This document shows positions 15,353-25,048 of a stretch of 50,255 bases of DNA, one piece after another. The stretch comes from a phage. The notes beneath the pieces are model-generated. The model saw only the letters and a list, made by a program, of their open reading frames with translations. It was not told the DNA's origin and did no database searches. Both the position numbers and the translations under genes were made by a program. Each line of letters begins with the position of its first letter. Within the stretch, counting starts at the first letter, position 1. Location: the sequence record PV636259.1. One strand, written 5' to 3'.

Positions 15353-15877
15353 ATGAGTGAACCTAAGAACGCCCCCGTAGTCCAGGGAGGTAATTTCAAA
15401 GAGCTATACAAGAAAAAGTTCGGCACTGTTCTTGCTAAAAACCGGGCAATGACGCCTGAGCAACTATTCGATCTGTCAGTTAAGTATTTCGAATGGGCTG
15501 AGGACAACGCAATCAAGGCGTCAGAATCAGCCAGCTTTCAGGGTGGCGTTTATGAATCGCTAGTTCATAAGCCGCGAGTCTTCACCTGGACCGGATACCG
15601 ACTATTCATCGGTGCAAGCGAGGCCGCAATCATTAAGTGGAAGCGAGAGGAAGAATACAGTGAGGTTATGGAGTTTGTGGAATCGGTAATCAACGAGCAA
15701 AAATTCCAGCTTGCCGCCAACGGTGTTATTAATGCCTCCTTTATCGGTAAGGATCTCGGAATCGATAAGCCAGCCTCAATCAATATCGAAAACTCGTCAG
15801 CTTCCGCATCGACAGTAGTCGCCACTACTGAGGATGCAATGAAAGAGGCAGTAAATAGCATTCTTGACATGCTTTAA
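15353..15877 (+). CDS. terS: Terminase small subunit (174 aa)
   Basis: Position immediately upstream of the large terminase; size; basic N-terminal region. Positional inference. Confidence 0.55.
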   Translation: MSEPKNAPVVQGGNFKELYKKKFGTVLAKNRAMTPEQLFDLSVKYFEWAEDNAIKASESASFQGGVYESLVHKPRVFTWTGYRLFIGASEAAIIKWKREEEYSEVMEFVESVINEQKFQLAANGVINASFIGKDLGIDKPASINIENSSASASTVVATTEDAMKEAVNSILDML

Positions 15878-15901
15878 CGTTACGGGCGCGCTAGCGCCCA
15901 C

Positions 15902-17485
15902 ATGGGAGACTTAATCATGATTCAATGGGAAGACCTTAACGCAACGCAGAAGTTAGCGATCAAGAAAATGAGCGAGGCCAATTTCGAAAAAATGATTCGG
16001 ATCTGGTTCCAGCTTATGCAGGCGCAGCAGTTCCAGCCTAACTGGCATCACCTTTACCTATGTCACGAAGTGGAGGAAATAATTGCAGGTCGACGCGGGA
16101 ACACTATCTTTAACGTCACGCCAGGTTCGGGTAAAACCGAGGTGTTCTCAATTCACCTTCCTGTTTACGCAATGCTCAAGTGCAAGAAGGTACGAAACCT
16201 TAACGTTTCATTTGCAGATAGCCTTGTAAAGCGTAACAGTAAGCGAGTTCGTGAGATTATCAGCAGCAAAGAGTTCCAAGAGTTGTGGCCCTGTAAGTTC
16301 GGCACATCGAAAGATGAAGAGATGCAAGTTCTTAACGAAGATGGCAAGGTCTGGTTCGAGCTAATATCCGCAGCAGCCGGAGGTCGAATCACAGGTTCGC
16401 GTGGTGGCTATATGATGCCGGGATTCTCCGGGATGGTAATGCTCGACGATATAGACAAGCCTGACGATATGTTCTCAAAGGTTAAGCGTGAGCGTACTCA
16501 CATGCTATTGAAGAACACCATACGATCCCGTCGTATGCACAACGAGACGCCGATTATCGCAATCCAGCAGCGACTGCACGCGCAGGATTCAACTTGGTTT
16601 ATGATGAATGGAGGTATGGGTATTGAGTTTGACCAGATCTCGATCCCGGCGCTGGTCACGGAAGAATACGGAAAGACGCTTCCTGACTGGTTACAACCTT
16701 ACTTCGAGCGCGACGTTTTATCGTCTGAGTATGTCGAACTTGATGGCGTCAAGCATTACTCGTTCTGGCCCAGTAAGGAAAGTGTACATGACCTGTTAGC
16801 GCTTCGCGAAGCTGACCAGTACACCTTTGACTCTCAGTATCAGCAGAAGCCGATCGCGCTTGGTGGCTCCGTGTTTAACTCGGAATGGTGGACTTATTAC
16901 GGCAGCAGCCTTGACGCTGACGAACCAGATCCGGGTAAGTACGACTACCGTTTCATCACTGCCGATACCGCTCAGAAGACAGGCGAGCTAAACGACTACA
17001 CAGTCTTTTGCTTGTGGGGTAAGAAGAACGATAAGGTTTACTTTATTGACGGCATTCGCGGTAAGTGGGAAGCGCCGGATATGGAGAAACAATTTACCGC
17101 TTTCGTTAATCAGGCATGGAGACACAATAAATCAATGGGCGTGCTTCGAAAAATCTACGTGGAAGATAAAGCGAGCGGTACGGGCCTTATACAGAACCTC
17201 AGGAAAAAGACTCCGATCTCTATCACTCCGTTGCAGCGTAACAAAGACAAAGTTACCCGCGCTATGGATGCTCAGCCAGTTATTAAAGCCGGGCGTGTGG
17301 TTCTGCCAGAAGAGCACCCCATGCTTGCTGAAATTATCGCTGAACACAGCGCCTTCACTTACGATGACACCCATCCGCATGATGATATCGTCGATAACTT
17401 CATGGATGCGGCGAACATCGAATTGCTGACCATTGATGATCCTATCGAGAGAATGAAGCGGCTCGCCGGGATGGTTAAGCGGTAA
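15902..17485 (+). CDS. terL: Terminase large subunit (527 aa)
   Basis: Size and position before portal; ATPase-like N-terminal region (GSGKT) and acidic nuclease-like C-terminal half. Confidence 0.8.
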   Translation: MGDLIMIQWEDLNATQKLAIKKMSEANFEKMIRIWFQLMQAQQFQPNWHHLYLCHEVEEIIAGRRGNTIFNVTPGSGKTEVFSIHLPVYAMLKCKKVRNLNVSFADSLVKRNSKRVREIISSKEFQELWPCKFGTSKDEEMQVLNEDGKVWFELISAAAGGRITGSRGGYMMPGFSGMVMLDDIDKPDDMFSKVKRERTHMLLKNTIRSRRMHNETPIIAIQQRLHAQDSTWFMMNGGMGIEFDQISIPALVTEEYGKTLPDWLQPYFERDVLSSEYVELDGVKHYSFWPSKESVHDLLALREADQYTFDSQYQQKPIALGGSVFNSEWWTYYGSSLDADEPDPGKYDYRFITADTAQKTGELNDYTVFCLWGKKNDKVYFIDGIRGKWEAPDMEKQFTAFVNQAWRHNKSMGVLRKIYVEDKASGTGLIQNLRKKTPISITPLQRNKDKVTRAMDAQPVIKAGRVVLPEEHPMLAEIIAEHSAFTYDDTHPHDDIVDNFMDAANIELLTIDDPIERMKRLAGMVKR

Positions 17486-17503
17486 TAAATGAGATATAAT
17501 CAA

Positions 17504-17528
17504 GGCTGTCAATTGACGGCCTTTTTTA
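17504..17528 (+). terminator. Intrinsic terminator-like hairpin (GGCTGTCAATTGACGGCC + T-run) between terL and portal
   Basis: Read directly. Confidence 0.5.
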
Positions 17529-17539
17529 TTGGAGGAAAC

Positions 17540-18823
17540 ATGAAAATTGTTAAGCATGATGGATATAACGATATCTTTAACGGCGGTGCAGACGGATCGC
17601 CTAAGCCATTCTTTATGTCTGATGCATCATATCACGTAGGATCTTTCTACAACGACAACGCAACCGCGAAGCGAATTGTGGATGTTATCCCGGAAGAGAT
17701 GGTGACGGCTGGATTTAAAATGTCAGGCGTCAAGGATGAAAAAGAGTTCAAGTCTCTGTGGGATAGTTACAAAATTGATTCTAGCTTGGTTGACGTTCTT
17801 TGCTGGGCGAGACTATACGGTGGGGCTGCTATTGTGGCAATCATCAAAGACAACAGAATGCTAACCAGCCCCGTTAAACCTGGCGCTAAACTTGAGGGCG
17901 TGCGTGTTTACGATCGATTTGCAATCACCGTTGAAAAGAGAGTAACCAATGCTCGATCGCCTCGCTATGGTGAGCCTGAGATATACAAGGTATCTCCTGG
18001 CGATAATCTTCAACCTTACTTAATCCACCACACAAGAATTTTTATTGCTGATGGTGAGCGAGTAACCCCTCAGATTCGCAAGCAGAATCAGGGGTGGGGT
18101 GCTTCAGTTTTGAATAAGTCACTGATTGATGCAATCTGCGACTACGACTATTGCGAATCACTTGCGACTCAGATCCTGCGGCGTAAGCAACAGGCGGTAT
18201 GGAAGGTCAAAGGTCTTGCCGAAATGTGCGATGATGACGATGCTCAGTATGCTGCGCGCCTGCGACTTGCTCAGGTTGATGACAACTCCGGAGTAGGCCG
18301 TGCGATCGGTATCGATGCTGAGACGGAAGAATACGATGTTCTAAACTCTGATATCAGCGGAGTGCCTGAGTTCTTATCGAGCAAGATGGATCGTATTGTT
18401 TCCCTTTCAGGGATTCATGAGATTATCATCAAAAATAAGAACGTAGGCGGCGTATCAGCGAGCCAAAACACAGCGCTTGAGACTTTCTATAAGCTGGTAG
18501 ATCGTAAGCGTGAGGAAGATTACAGGCCTCTTCTTGAGTTCTTGCTGCCGTTCATTGTTGACGAGCAAGAGTGGTCGATCGAGTTTGAGCCTTTGTCTGT
18601 TCCGAGTAAGAAAGAGGAATCAGAGATCACGAAGAATAACGTTGAGTCAGTCACGAAAGCTATCACTGAGCAAATCATCGATCTGGAAGAAGCTCGAGAC
18701 ACGTTGCGATCCATTGCCCCTGAGTTCAAACTCAAGGATGGTAATAACATCAACATTCGCGAACAGGAAGAAACAACCGAACCGGAACCGGGATTAGGGG
18801 AGAAGTTAGAAGATGAAAATTAA
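17540..18823 (+). CDS. Portal protein (427 aa)
   Basis: Track ORF trimmed to the ATG after GGAGGAAACA; size and position after terL; acidic C-terminal tail. Confidence 0.75.
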   Translation: MKIVKHDGYNDIFNGGADGSPKPFFMSDASYHVGSFYNDNATAKRIVDVIPEEMVTAGFKMSGVKDEKEFKSLWDSYKIDSSLVDVLCWARLYGGAAIVAIIKDNRMLTSPVKPGAKLEGVRVYDRFAITVEKRVTNARSPRYGEPEIYKVSPGDNLQPYLIHHTRIFIADGERVTPQIRKQNQGWGASVLNKSLIDAICDYDYCESLATQILRRKQQAVWKVKGLAEMCDDDDAQYAARLRLAQVDDNSGVGRAIGIDAETEEYDVLNSDISGVPEFLSSKMDRIVSLSGIHEIIIKNKNVGGVSASQNTALETFYKLVDRKREEDYRPLLEFLLPFIVDEQEWSIEFEPLSVPSKKEESEITKNNVESVTKAITEQIIDLEEARDTLRSIAPEFKLKDGNNINIREQEETTEPEPGLGEKLEDEN

Positions 18824-19574
18824 TGGCGTTGCAACACAGTGGCGCTATCCTGAAATGAGCGAGCGCGCAATGTCGCGCTCCCTACAGGATGTTGCAGCCA
18901 AACTAACTGAAAAAATGCGTGACGAATTAAAGCCGATGAAATTTGATGCTACCGACGAAGAGATAGATCAGACAGAAAGGTCATTGCTTGATTACGTTGA
19001 ATCACTCATCGCTCCGATTATTGGTTCTCTATCATCCGTTGCGCTCACGATCTATAAATTCAACTCTAAGCAGTGGCTGCGTATCGCTCGCAATGCTGGA
19101 GGTAAGAAGAATCAAGCCGTGATGCTACTTGCCCTGATTGGTCCTGCCGCTGCCGAAAGCTGGTACTCAGGACAATATAATCTGTGGCGATCGCAGGTGA
19201 CTACTTCTATCAGGAAATTTGCTGCCAACATGGTTACTGATTTCACTGATAAACTTCGTGCTGCATCCGGTCAGGGTAAAAGCAAGGATTTTGTTGTTGA
19301 ACTTGCTAATGAGCGATTTGGTGTTTACCGGAATTGGGCCAAAAATAGAGCGTCGGGAATTGTTGGAACCTGGAACAGTAGACTAATGCGTCAGCGCATA
19401 AAAGACGCTGGAGTCTCTTACTATTTCTGGCGTGGGGTGATGGATTTACGTGAACGTGAAAAACATGTAAGATGGGAAGGTAAGCGCATAGCGGTAGATT
19501 CCGATCACGTATTCCCGGGTGAGGAATACAATTGCCGCTGTTGGGCTGTTCCAGACTTTTCTACAGGAGATTAA
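18813..19574 (+). CDS. Minor head / head morphogenesis protein (253 aa)
   Basis: Position directly after portal with overlapping start; typical siphophage gene order. Confidence 0.55.
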   Translation: MKINGVATQWRYPEMSERAMSRSLQDVAAKLTEKMRDELKPMKFDATDEEIDQTERSLLDYVESLIAPIIGSLSSVALTIYKFNSKQWLRIARNAGGKKNQAVMLLALIGPAAAESWYSGQYNLWRSQVTTSIRKFAANMVTDFTDKLRAASGQGKSKDFVVELANERFGVYRNWAKNRASGIVGTWNSRLMRQRIKDAGVSYYFWRGVMDLREREKHVRWEGKRIAVDSDHVFPGEEYNCRCWAVPDFSTGD

Positions 19575-19576
19575 AA

Positions 19577-20689
19577 ATGAAGGCAAAGCAAAGATTCGAT
19601 TCAGTAAAAATCAAGGCGCACTTTGATGATAACGGTTTTTTAGTTGACCGCCCAATAGTGGCGCGAATCGGCGCTCAGGTTTACAAAACGCCGCACGGCG
19701 ATCGAGTTGAGTTCCGTCCGGCGTCCGAAGTTTTCAAGCAAGATTCCTTGCAAAGTTTTGCAGGCAAGCCGATCACAGTCGGTCACGTAACGGTGACTCC
19801 CCAAAATGCTAAGGACGTTGTTGTAGGTTCGTGCGCTGGCGCTGGTATTGCTTCAGGTGTTGGAGTTGAAGTCCCTTTAAGCATTTACAGCGACTACGCG
19901 ATCAGCAAGGCTAAAGCAAAAGAAGCTGGTGAATTATCTGTTGGCTACACGTCAGTAGATATTGATAAACCGGGATGGGGTTCAAATGAGACTGGAGAAT
20001 ATATCTTCGAAGAGGATATGAAACAGGACGAAGCGCCACCTGAAGGCTGGGTGAAATTTGACGCGGTACAGACTAATATCAAGGTCAACCATATCGCACT
20101 TGTTTTCAAAGGTCGCGCGGGAATTGCTAAATTAAATCTTGATGCCGAACAGGAGTTCCCGTATGATAATAACGTTCAATTAACTAACGAGGACAAGCAA
20201 ATGAAAAAAATTAAGATCGACTCAGTTGATGTGGAAGTAACCGAAGACGTTGCGAACCATATCGAAAAATTAACCGCGCAGATTGCAACCATTCAGGGGA
20301 AAGCTGATGGCTTCGAAGCTGAGCGCGATGCGCTGAAGGTTAAGGTTGACTCTCTGCCGGAACTTGTGAAGGCTGAAGTAGAGAAGCAAAAAGCTGATGC
20401 CGCCGCACGCGCAGAAGTTACCGCAGTAGCAGAAACCGCAGGCGTCAAACATGATGGTCTTGATATCAAAGACGTCAAGATTGCCGTAGTTAAAGCCATG
20501 CTTGATAAAGATGTTAGTGAAAAATCAGACGCATATATCGACGCTATGTTTGATGTTGCTAAAGATTCTGATATCATGGCTATTCAGCGTAAAGCAGTAA
20601 AAGGCGACTCTATCGAAGGCGGTAAGCCGGAAGAGAAAAACGACGCCGCGCCTGTTACGCCAAATTCACGTTTAAGCAAAGTAATGTAA
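19577..20689 (+). CDS. Head scaffolding (possibly protease-scaffold) protein (370 aa)
   Basis: Position between minor head and capsid genes; long Ala/Lys/Glu-rich coiled-coil C-terminal half. Confidence 0.5.
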   Translation: MKAKQRFDSVKIKAHFDDNGFLVDRPIVARIGAQVYKTPHGDRVEFRPASEVFKQDSLQSFAGKPITVGHVTVTPQNAKDVVVGSCAGAGIASGVGVEVPLSIYSDYAISKAKAKEAGELSVGYTSVDIDKPGWGSNETGEYIFEEDMKQDEAPPEGWVKFDAVQTNIKVNHIALVFKGRAGIAKLNLDAEQEFPYDNNVQLTNEDKQMKKIKIDSVDVEVTEDVANHIEKLTAQIATIQGKADGFEAERDALKVKVDSLPELVKAEVEKQKADAAARAEVTAVAETAGVKHDGLDIKDVKIAVVKAMLDKDVSEKSDAYIDAMFDVAKDSDIMAIQRKAVKGDSIEGGKPEEKNDAAPVTPNSRLSKVM

Positions 20690-20700
20690 GGGGAAATATC

Positions 20701-21177
20701 ATGGCACAAATTAATGCATCTTATCAGCGAGATATGGCGATTGCGCTTCCGGGTATGGTTGCGGATACTTCAAAGTACAATATTGACGGCGCTTGTGTCG
20801 TTAATGAAGGTGATGTTCTTGTTGGCGCTGCCGTACAAGTTGTTCAAGCTCAGGCGGTTGATGGTCATAAGTTGGTTAAGGCTCTTACTACCGGAACCAC
20901 TCCTTACGGCGTGGCAATCCGTTCTCACTGGCAGACTGTTAACGCTCAAAATCAGATGATTTACGAAGATGGCGGCGCTATCAACGTGATGACTTCAGGT
21001 CGAGTATGGATGCTTTCCAAATCCACCGAAGCACCAACTTTCGGCTCTGCCGTTAAACTTGATGTTGATGGTCAGGAAAAATCTGATGGCACGATCGAAA
21101 CAACCTGGACCTACGCTGGCGGTTGGACTAAATACAAAGATATTCAGCTTGTTGAGGTTCAGTTGCATCAACTGTAA
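20701..21177 (+). CDS. Capsid decoration-like protein, paralog A (158 aa)
   Basis: N-terminal region paralogous to 21240..22007 (shared DTSxYNIDGACV...GAAVQVV...TPYG(V/I)A(I/F)RS); followed by its own terminator. Confidence 0.5.
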   Translation: MAQINASYQRDMAIALPGMVADTSKYNIDGACVVNEGDVLVGAAVQVVQAQAVDGHKLVKALTTGTTPYGVAIRSHWQTVNAQNQMIYEDGGAINVMTSGRVWMLSKSTEAPTFGSAVKLDVDGQEKSDGTIETTWTYAGGWTKYKDIQLVEVQLHQL

Positions 21178-21192
21178 TTAGCGTTTAATATG

Positions 21193-21227
21193 GGGACTAT
21201 CCTTTTTTTGGATAGTCCTTTTTTTAT
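21193..21227 (+). terminator. Rho-independent terminator (GGACTATCC-T7-GGATAGTCC-T7)
   Basis: Perfect 9-bp stem with T-run loop and T-run tail. Confidence 0.7.
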
Positions 21228-21239
21228 GGAGAAATCATT

Positions 21240-22007
21240 ATGGCTTACGAAAATTTAATGTTGCGCCCGGCGTGTCCGGGAAATCTTTCTGATACTTCAA
21301 CCTACAATATTGATGGCGCTTGTGTGGCTCAAGGTGACATTGAGTTCGGCGCGGCGGTTCAGGTTGTCGGCATCGTTGATGGTGTGAAAGTCGTCAAAGT
21401 ACTTTCTGATGGCGGGACTCCTTACGGTATCGCTTTCCGTTCTCAATATGAACACCTGAGCGGTAAAATCTTAGACGGCGAAGTGTGCAACGTAGTTTCT
21501 CACGGTCGCATGTGGACGCTTACTTCTCTTGATGAGGCTCCCGACTTATTCTCAAAGTTGCAATTTGGATCTGGTGGCGTTGTTACTGGTGGATCTGGTT
21601 CCGCAGGTTGGACCTTCGCTGGTGGATTTGTTAAGCATGAAGACGGCTACATCATTGAGGTTCAGGTGAAACAAAATGCTTTCATCGTCCCACCGCCGCC
21701 ACCTCCAGTTGTTCTTGTTGAATCAGCTACGATCACTACCGACAAGGAAAGTCCTCAGCCGAACAATGTTACGATTCAGTGCGTAGCTAATGTTCTTCCT
21801 GTGAACGCTGATGATAAAACTGGCAAGTGGTCAATTGACGCCACCAACATCGCTACTATCGATCCTGACTCAGGTCTTGTAACTCCTGCTGGTGGAGAAT
21901 CGGTCGGTGATTTCAATATCACATGGACGGCTAACGATGCCAGCAAGACGACGGCAACCATTGCTTATCGCGTAGAAGCAGTGCCAGAGCCAGAGGTTGA
22001 TGCATAA
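21240..22007 (+). CDS. Capsid decoration-like protein, paralog B, with Pro-rich linker and C-terminal Ig-like (Big_2-type) domain (255 aa)
   Basis: N-terminal domain paralogous to 20701..21177; PPPPPPVVLV linker; C-terminal region with Big_2-like pattern (NVLPVNADDKTGKWSIDATNIATIDPDSGLVTPAGGESVGDFNITWTANDASKTTATIAYRV). Confidence 0.55.
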   Translation: MAYENLMLRPACPGNLSDTSTYNIDGACVAQGDIEFGAAVQVVGIVDGVKVVKVLSDGGTPYGIAFRSQYEHLSGKILDGEVCNVVSHGRMWTLTSLDEAPDLFSKLQFGSGGVVTGGSGSAGWTFAGGFVKHEDGYIIEVQVKQNAFIVPPPPPPVVLVESATITTDKESPQPNNVTIQCVANVLPVNADDKTGKWSIDATNIATIDPDSGLVTPAGGESVGDFNITWTANDASKTTATIAYRVEAVPEPEVDA

Positions 22008-22026
22008 CATAAAAACACTTTGACGC

Positions 22027-22045
22027 TTTAACAAAAAGTGCTATT
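22027..22045 (-). promoter_or_regulatory. Operator motif copy in reverse orientation (AATAGCACTTTTTGTTAAA) inside the late structural operon
   Basis: Read as reverse complement of TTTAACAAAAAGTGCTATT; lies between the decoration gene and a terminator. Confidence 0.5.
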
Positions 22046-22051
22046 ATTGAA

Positions 22052-22077
22052 GCCGTGAACATAATCACGGCTTTTTT
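22052..22077 (+). terminator. Rho-independent terminator (GCCGTGAACATAATCACGGC + T6)
   Basis: Read directly; precedes the major capsid gene RBS. Confidence 0.7.
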
Positions 22078-22098
22078 ATTAACTACGGAGAAGTAATC

Positions 22099-23058
22099 AT
22101 GACTACTAAAAAATTTGATGAAGCAGATAAAAGCAATGTTGAAATGTATCTGATCCAGGCTGGCGTAAAACAGGATGCAGCCGCAACAATGGGTATCTGG
22201 ACCGCTCAGGAACTACACCGCATTAAAAGCCAGTCCTATGAAGAAGACTACCCGGTCGGCTCCGCTCTACGCGTATTCCCGGTTACAACCGATCTTTCTC
22301 CGACTGATAAGACGTTCGAATACATGACCTTTGATAAGGTTGGCACGGCTCAGATTATCGCGGACTACACCGACGACCTGCCGCTTGTTGATGCCCTGGG
22401 TACTTCTGAGTTCGGTAAAGTGTTCCGTTTGGGTAACGCGTATCTGATCTCAATCGACGAAATCAAAGCGGGTCAGGCAACTGGTCGCCCACTGTCAACT
22501 CGTAAGGCAAGTGCATGTCAGTTAGCGCATGACCAACTGGTTAACCGTCTGGTGTTCAAAGGTTCCGCGCCGCACAAGATCGTGTCCGTGTTCAATCATC
22601 CGAACATCACCAAAATTACCTCCGGTAAGTGGATGGATGGCGCAACTCAGAAACCGGAAACGGCAGAAGCTGAATTGACTCAGGCAATCGAAACCATCGA
22701 GACGATTACTCGCGGTCAGCATCGTGCAACCAACATTCTGATCCCGCCGTCCATGCGTAAGGTATTGGCTATTCGTATGCCTGAAACCACCATGTCTTAC
22801 CTGGACTATTTCAAGTCTCAGAATGCTGGTATCGAGATCGACTCTATCGCAGAGCTTGAAGATATCGACGGCGCGGGTACTAAAGGTGTACTGGTTTACG
22901 AAAAGAACCCGATGAACATGTCCATCGAGATCCCGGAAGCATTCAACATGCTGCCAGCGCAGCCGAAAGACTTGCACTTTAAAGTGCCTTGCACCTCTAA
23001 GTGCACTGGTCTTACAATTTATCGCCCGATGACTATTGTCTTAATCACTGGCGTGTAA
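22099..23058 (+). CDS. Major capsid protein (319 aa)
   Basis: Size, position and flanking terminators; strong RBS GGAGAAG. Confidence 0.8.
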   Translation: MTTKKFDEADKSNVEMYLIQAGVKQDAAATMGIWTAQELHRIKSQSYEEDYPVGSALRVFPVTTDLSPTDKTFEYMTFDKVGTAQIIADYTDDLPLVDALGTSEFGKVFRLGNAYLISIDEIKAGQATGRPLSTRKASACQLAHDQLVNRLVFKGSAPHKIVSVFNHPNITKITSGKWMDGATQKPETAEAELTQAIETIETITRGQHRATNILIPPSMRKVLAIRMPETTMSYLDYFKSQNAGIEIDSIAELEDIDGAGTKGVLVYEKNPMNMSIEIPEAFNMLPAQPKDLHFKVPCTSKCTGLTIYRPMTIVLITGV

Positions 23059-23065
23059 TATTATA

Positions 23066-23092
23066 GGGGCTAACTTAGTTAGTCCCTTTTTT
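23066..23092 (+). terminator. Rho-independent terminator after the major capsid gene
   Basis: GGGGCTAACTTAGTTAGTCCC + TTTTTT. Confidence 0.65.
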
Positions 23093-23108
23093 ATTGGAGA
23101 AAATCAAA

Positions 23109-23396
23109 ATGGCTAAAGAAAAAACCGTTGTTATCGTAAACGTTGGTGTAGCTCTTCAGATGTTCCGTCTTGAAGATGGTTCCTTTGCTAAAGTCCTTCC
23201 AGATGAAGAGGTCACGCTTCCTGCATCCGTTCTTGATTTGCCCGGCCTGCGTTGCTTAATTGCTCGCGAAGAAATCGAAGTTAAAGACGATAGTGCAACT
23301 AACCGCAAAATCCGTGCTGAAATGGCAAAAATCACCAAGCCAGATCCGTGGGATAGCAAAAGCGTAAAAGAGCTTGAGGACGGCGGCGAATATTAA
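23109..23396 (+). CDS. Small head-associated protein (95 aa), flanked by terminators
   Basis: Track ORF trimmed to the ATG after GGAG; position between capsid and connector genes. Confidence 0.5.
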   Translation: MAKEKTVVIVNVGVALQMFRLEDGSFAKVLPDEEVTLPASVLDLPGLRCLIAREEIEVKDDSATNRKIRAEMAKITKPDPWDSKSVKELEDGGEY

Positions 23397-23402
23397 TCAT
23401 CA

Positions 23403-23427
23403 AGGCGCTCATGTAGCGCCTTTTTTT
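23403..23427 (+). terminator. Rho-independent terminator (GGCGCTCATGTAGCGCC + T7)
   Basis: Read directly. Confidence 0.65.
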
Positions 23428-23440
23428 ATGGGGGTAATTT

Positions 23441-23851
23441 ATGAATCAAGAAACTTTAATTGCAGTTGTTGAGCAAATGCGAAAGCTGGTTCCGGCACTT
23501 CGTAAGGTTCCAGATGAAACGCTTTATGCGTGGGTAGAAATGGCTGAGATTTTTGTATGCCAGAAGACCTTTAAAGACGCATACGTCAAAGCGCTCGCTC
23601 TTTATGCATTGCACCTTGCTTTCCTTGACGGGGCGCTAAAAGGTGAAGATGAGGATCTGGAATCGTACTCACGACGAGTTACGTCATTCTCCCTGAGCGG
23701 TGAATTTAGCCAGACTTTCGGAGAGGTTACAAAGAACCAGTCAGGGAACATGATGCTTTCGACGCCGTGGGGTAAGATGTTCGAACAGCTTAAAGCGCGA
23801 CGCCGTGGTCGATTCGCATTAATGACAGGACTCCGTGGAGGATGCCACTAA
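23441..23851 (+). CDS. Head-tail adaptor-like protein (136 aa)
   Basis: First of four small genes between capsid and major tail genes (adaptor, closure, completion, terminator by position). Confidence 0.45.
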   Translation: MNQETLIAVVEQMRKLVPALRKVPDETLYAWVEMAEIFVCQKTFKDAYVKALALYALHLAFLDGALKGEDEDLESYSRRVTSFSLSGEFSQTFGEVTKNQSGNMMLSTPWGKMFEQLKARRRGRFALMTGLRGGCH

Positions 23852-24222
23852 TGAACTACTCACAGATTGAAAGGATGGCTCGCAAAGGTGTGGCTTTCTT
23901 CACCGATCCGTCAAGACCTATGAACCTGATAAAGCAAGGTGAATACGGATATGATGAAAACGGATTCGAGATCCCACCGATGGAACAGGTTATTCCAATA
24001 TCCGGCGCGACGCGAAGACCGAACGCGCGTGAGATTGACGGGGAAACCATCCGCGCCTCAGATATTTTGGGGATCTTCAATAATGATCATGAAATAAACG
24101 AAGGTGACTATATAGAGATTGATGGCATTCGTCATGTTGTCGTTGATGCTCGCCCGGTTCAGGCGTCACTGGAACCAGTTGCCTATCGTCCAGTATTGCG
24201 GAGGGTATCAGTCGGTGGCTAA
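23851..24222 (+). CDS. Head closure-like protein (123 aa)
   Basis: Track ORF trimmed to the ATG overlapping the upstream stop, with GGAGGA RBS. Confidence 0.45.
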   Translation: MNYSQIERMARKGVAFFTDPSRPMNLIKQGEYGYDENGFEIPPMEQVIPISGATRRPNAREIDGETIRASDILGIFNNDHEINEGDYIEIDGIRHVVVDARPVQASLEPVAYRPVLRRVSVGG

Positions 24223-24658
24223 TTATCAGATTCGTAGATTTCAAGGCGAGATTGATGCGTGGATTAAGGCCGCTGAAAGCACGTTAGAACATGCCATTGA
24301 AATATTCGTAAGGGATGTTCACGACGCTCTTGTTAGCCGCTCCCCTGTTGATACAGGTCGATTCAAGGGTAACTGGCAGATAACTTTTAACGAAATCCCT
24401 AACCACGCATTAAACCGATACGATAAAACTGGCGGTGTCGTCAGAGGTGAGGAGCAGGCCAAAACTTATGGCATGTTCAGCCGTGGAGGTGCGATAACAT
24501 CAGTTCACTTTTCAAACATGTTGATTTATGCAAACGCTCTTGAGTACGGTCATTCACAGCAAGCGCCGAGCGGCGTTGTCGGTCTTGTGGCGTTAAGGCT
24601 GAGATCATATATGGCTGACGCAATCAAGCAGGCAAGGAGACAGCAAAATGCACTATGA
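24215..24658 (+). CDS. Tail completion-like protein (147 aa); GTG start inferred
   Basis: Track ORF 24119..24658 trimmed to the in-frame GTG 10 nt after GGAGGG; no in-frame ATG near the upstream stop. Confidence 0.4.
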   Translation: MANYQIRRFQGEIDAWIKAAESTLEHAIEIFVRDVHDALVSRSPVDTGRFKGNWQITFNEIPNHALNRYDKTGGVVRGEEQAKTYGMFSRGGAITSVHFSNMLIYANALEYGHSQQAPSGVVGLVALRLRSYMADAIKQARRQQNAL

Positions 24659-25046
24659 GTTATCAGCGGCGGCGCGAGCCGCTTTTCTATCAAAGTACAG
24701 AGACTTTCCTCACTACATGGAAAACAGAAATTTCACACCGCCGAAGGATGGCGGGATGTGGCTGAGGTTCAACTACATTGAAGGGGATACGCTTTATCTA
24801 TCCATTGACAGAAAGTGTAAATCTTACATCGCAATCGTTCAGATCGGCGTAGTGTTCCCTCCAGGCTCCGGCGTTGACGAAGCAAGATTGAAAGCAAAAG
24901 AGATTGCTGATTTTTTCAAAGATGGTAAAATGCTTAACGTTGGTTATATTTTCGAGGGTGCAATCGTGCATCAAATTGTTAAACATGAAAGCGGGTGGAT
25001 GATTCCGGTTCGCTTTACAGTACGAGTAGACACAAAGGAGACTTAA
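24648..25046 (+). CDS. Tail terminator-like protein (132 aa)
   Basis: Position immediately upstream of the major tail gene. Confidence 0.45.
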   Translation: MHYELSAAARAAFLSKYRDFPHYMENRNFTPPKDGGMWLRFNYIEGDTLYLSIDRKCKSYIAIVQIGVVFPPGSGVDEARLKAKEIADFFKDGKMLNVGYIFEGAIVHQIVKHESGWMIPVRFTVRVDTKET

Positions 25047-25048
25047 TT

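Noticed and set aside
22522-22977. Antisense track ORFs inside long genes (this one inside the capsid gene; similar ones at 33245..33712 in the J-like gene, 8543..8932, 43781..44464, 28082..28538)
   Set aside because: They lie wholly within better-supported genes on the opposite strand or another frame, lack RBSs, and have skewed composition.
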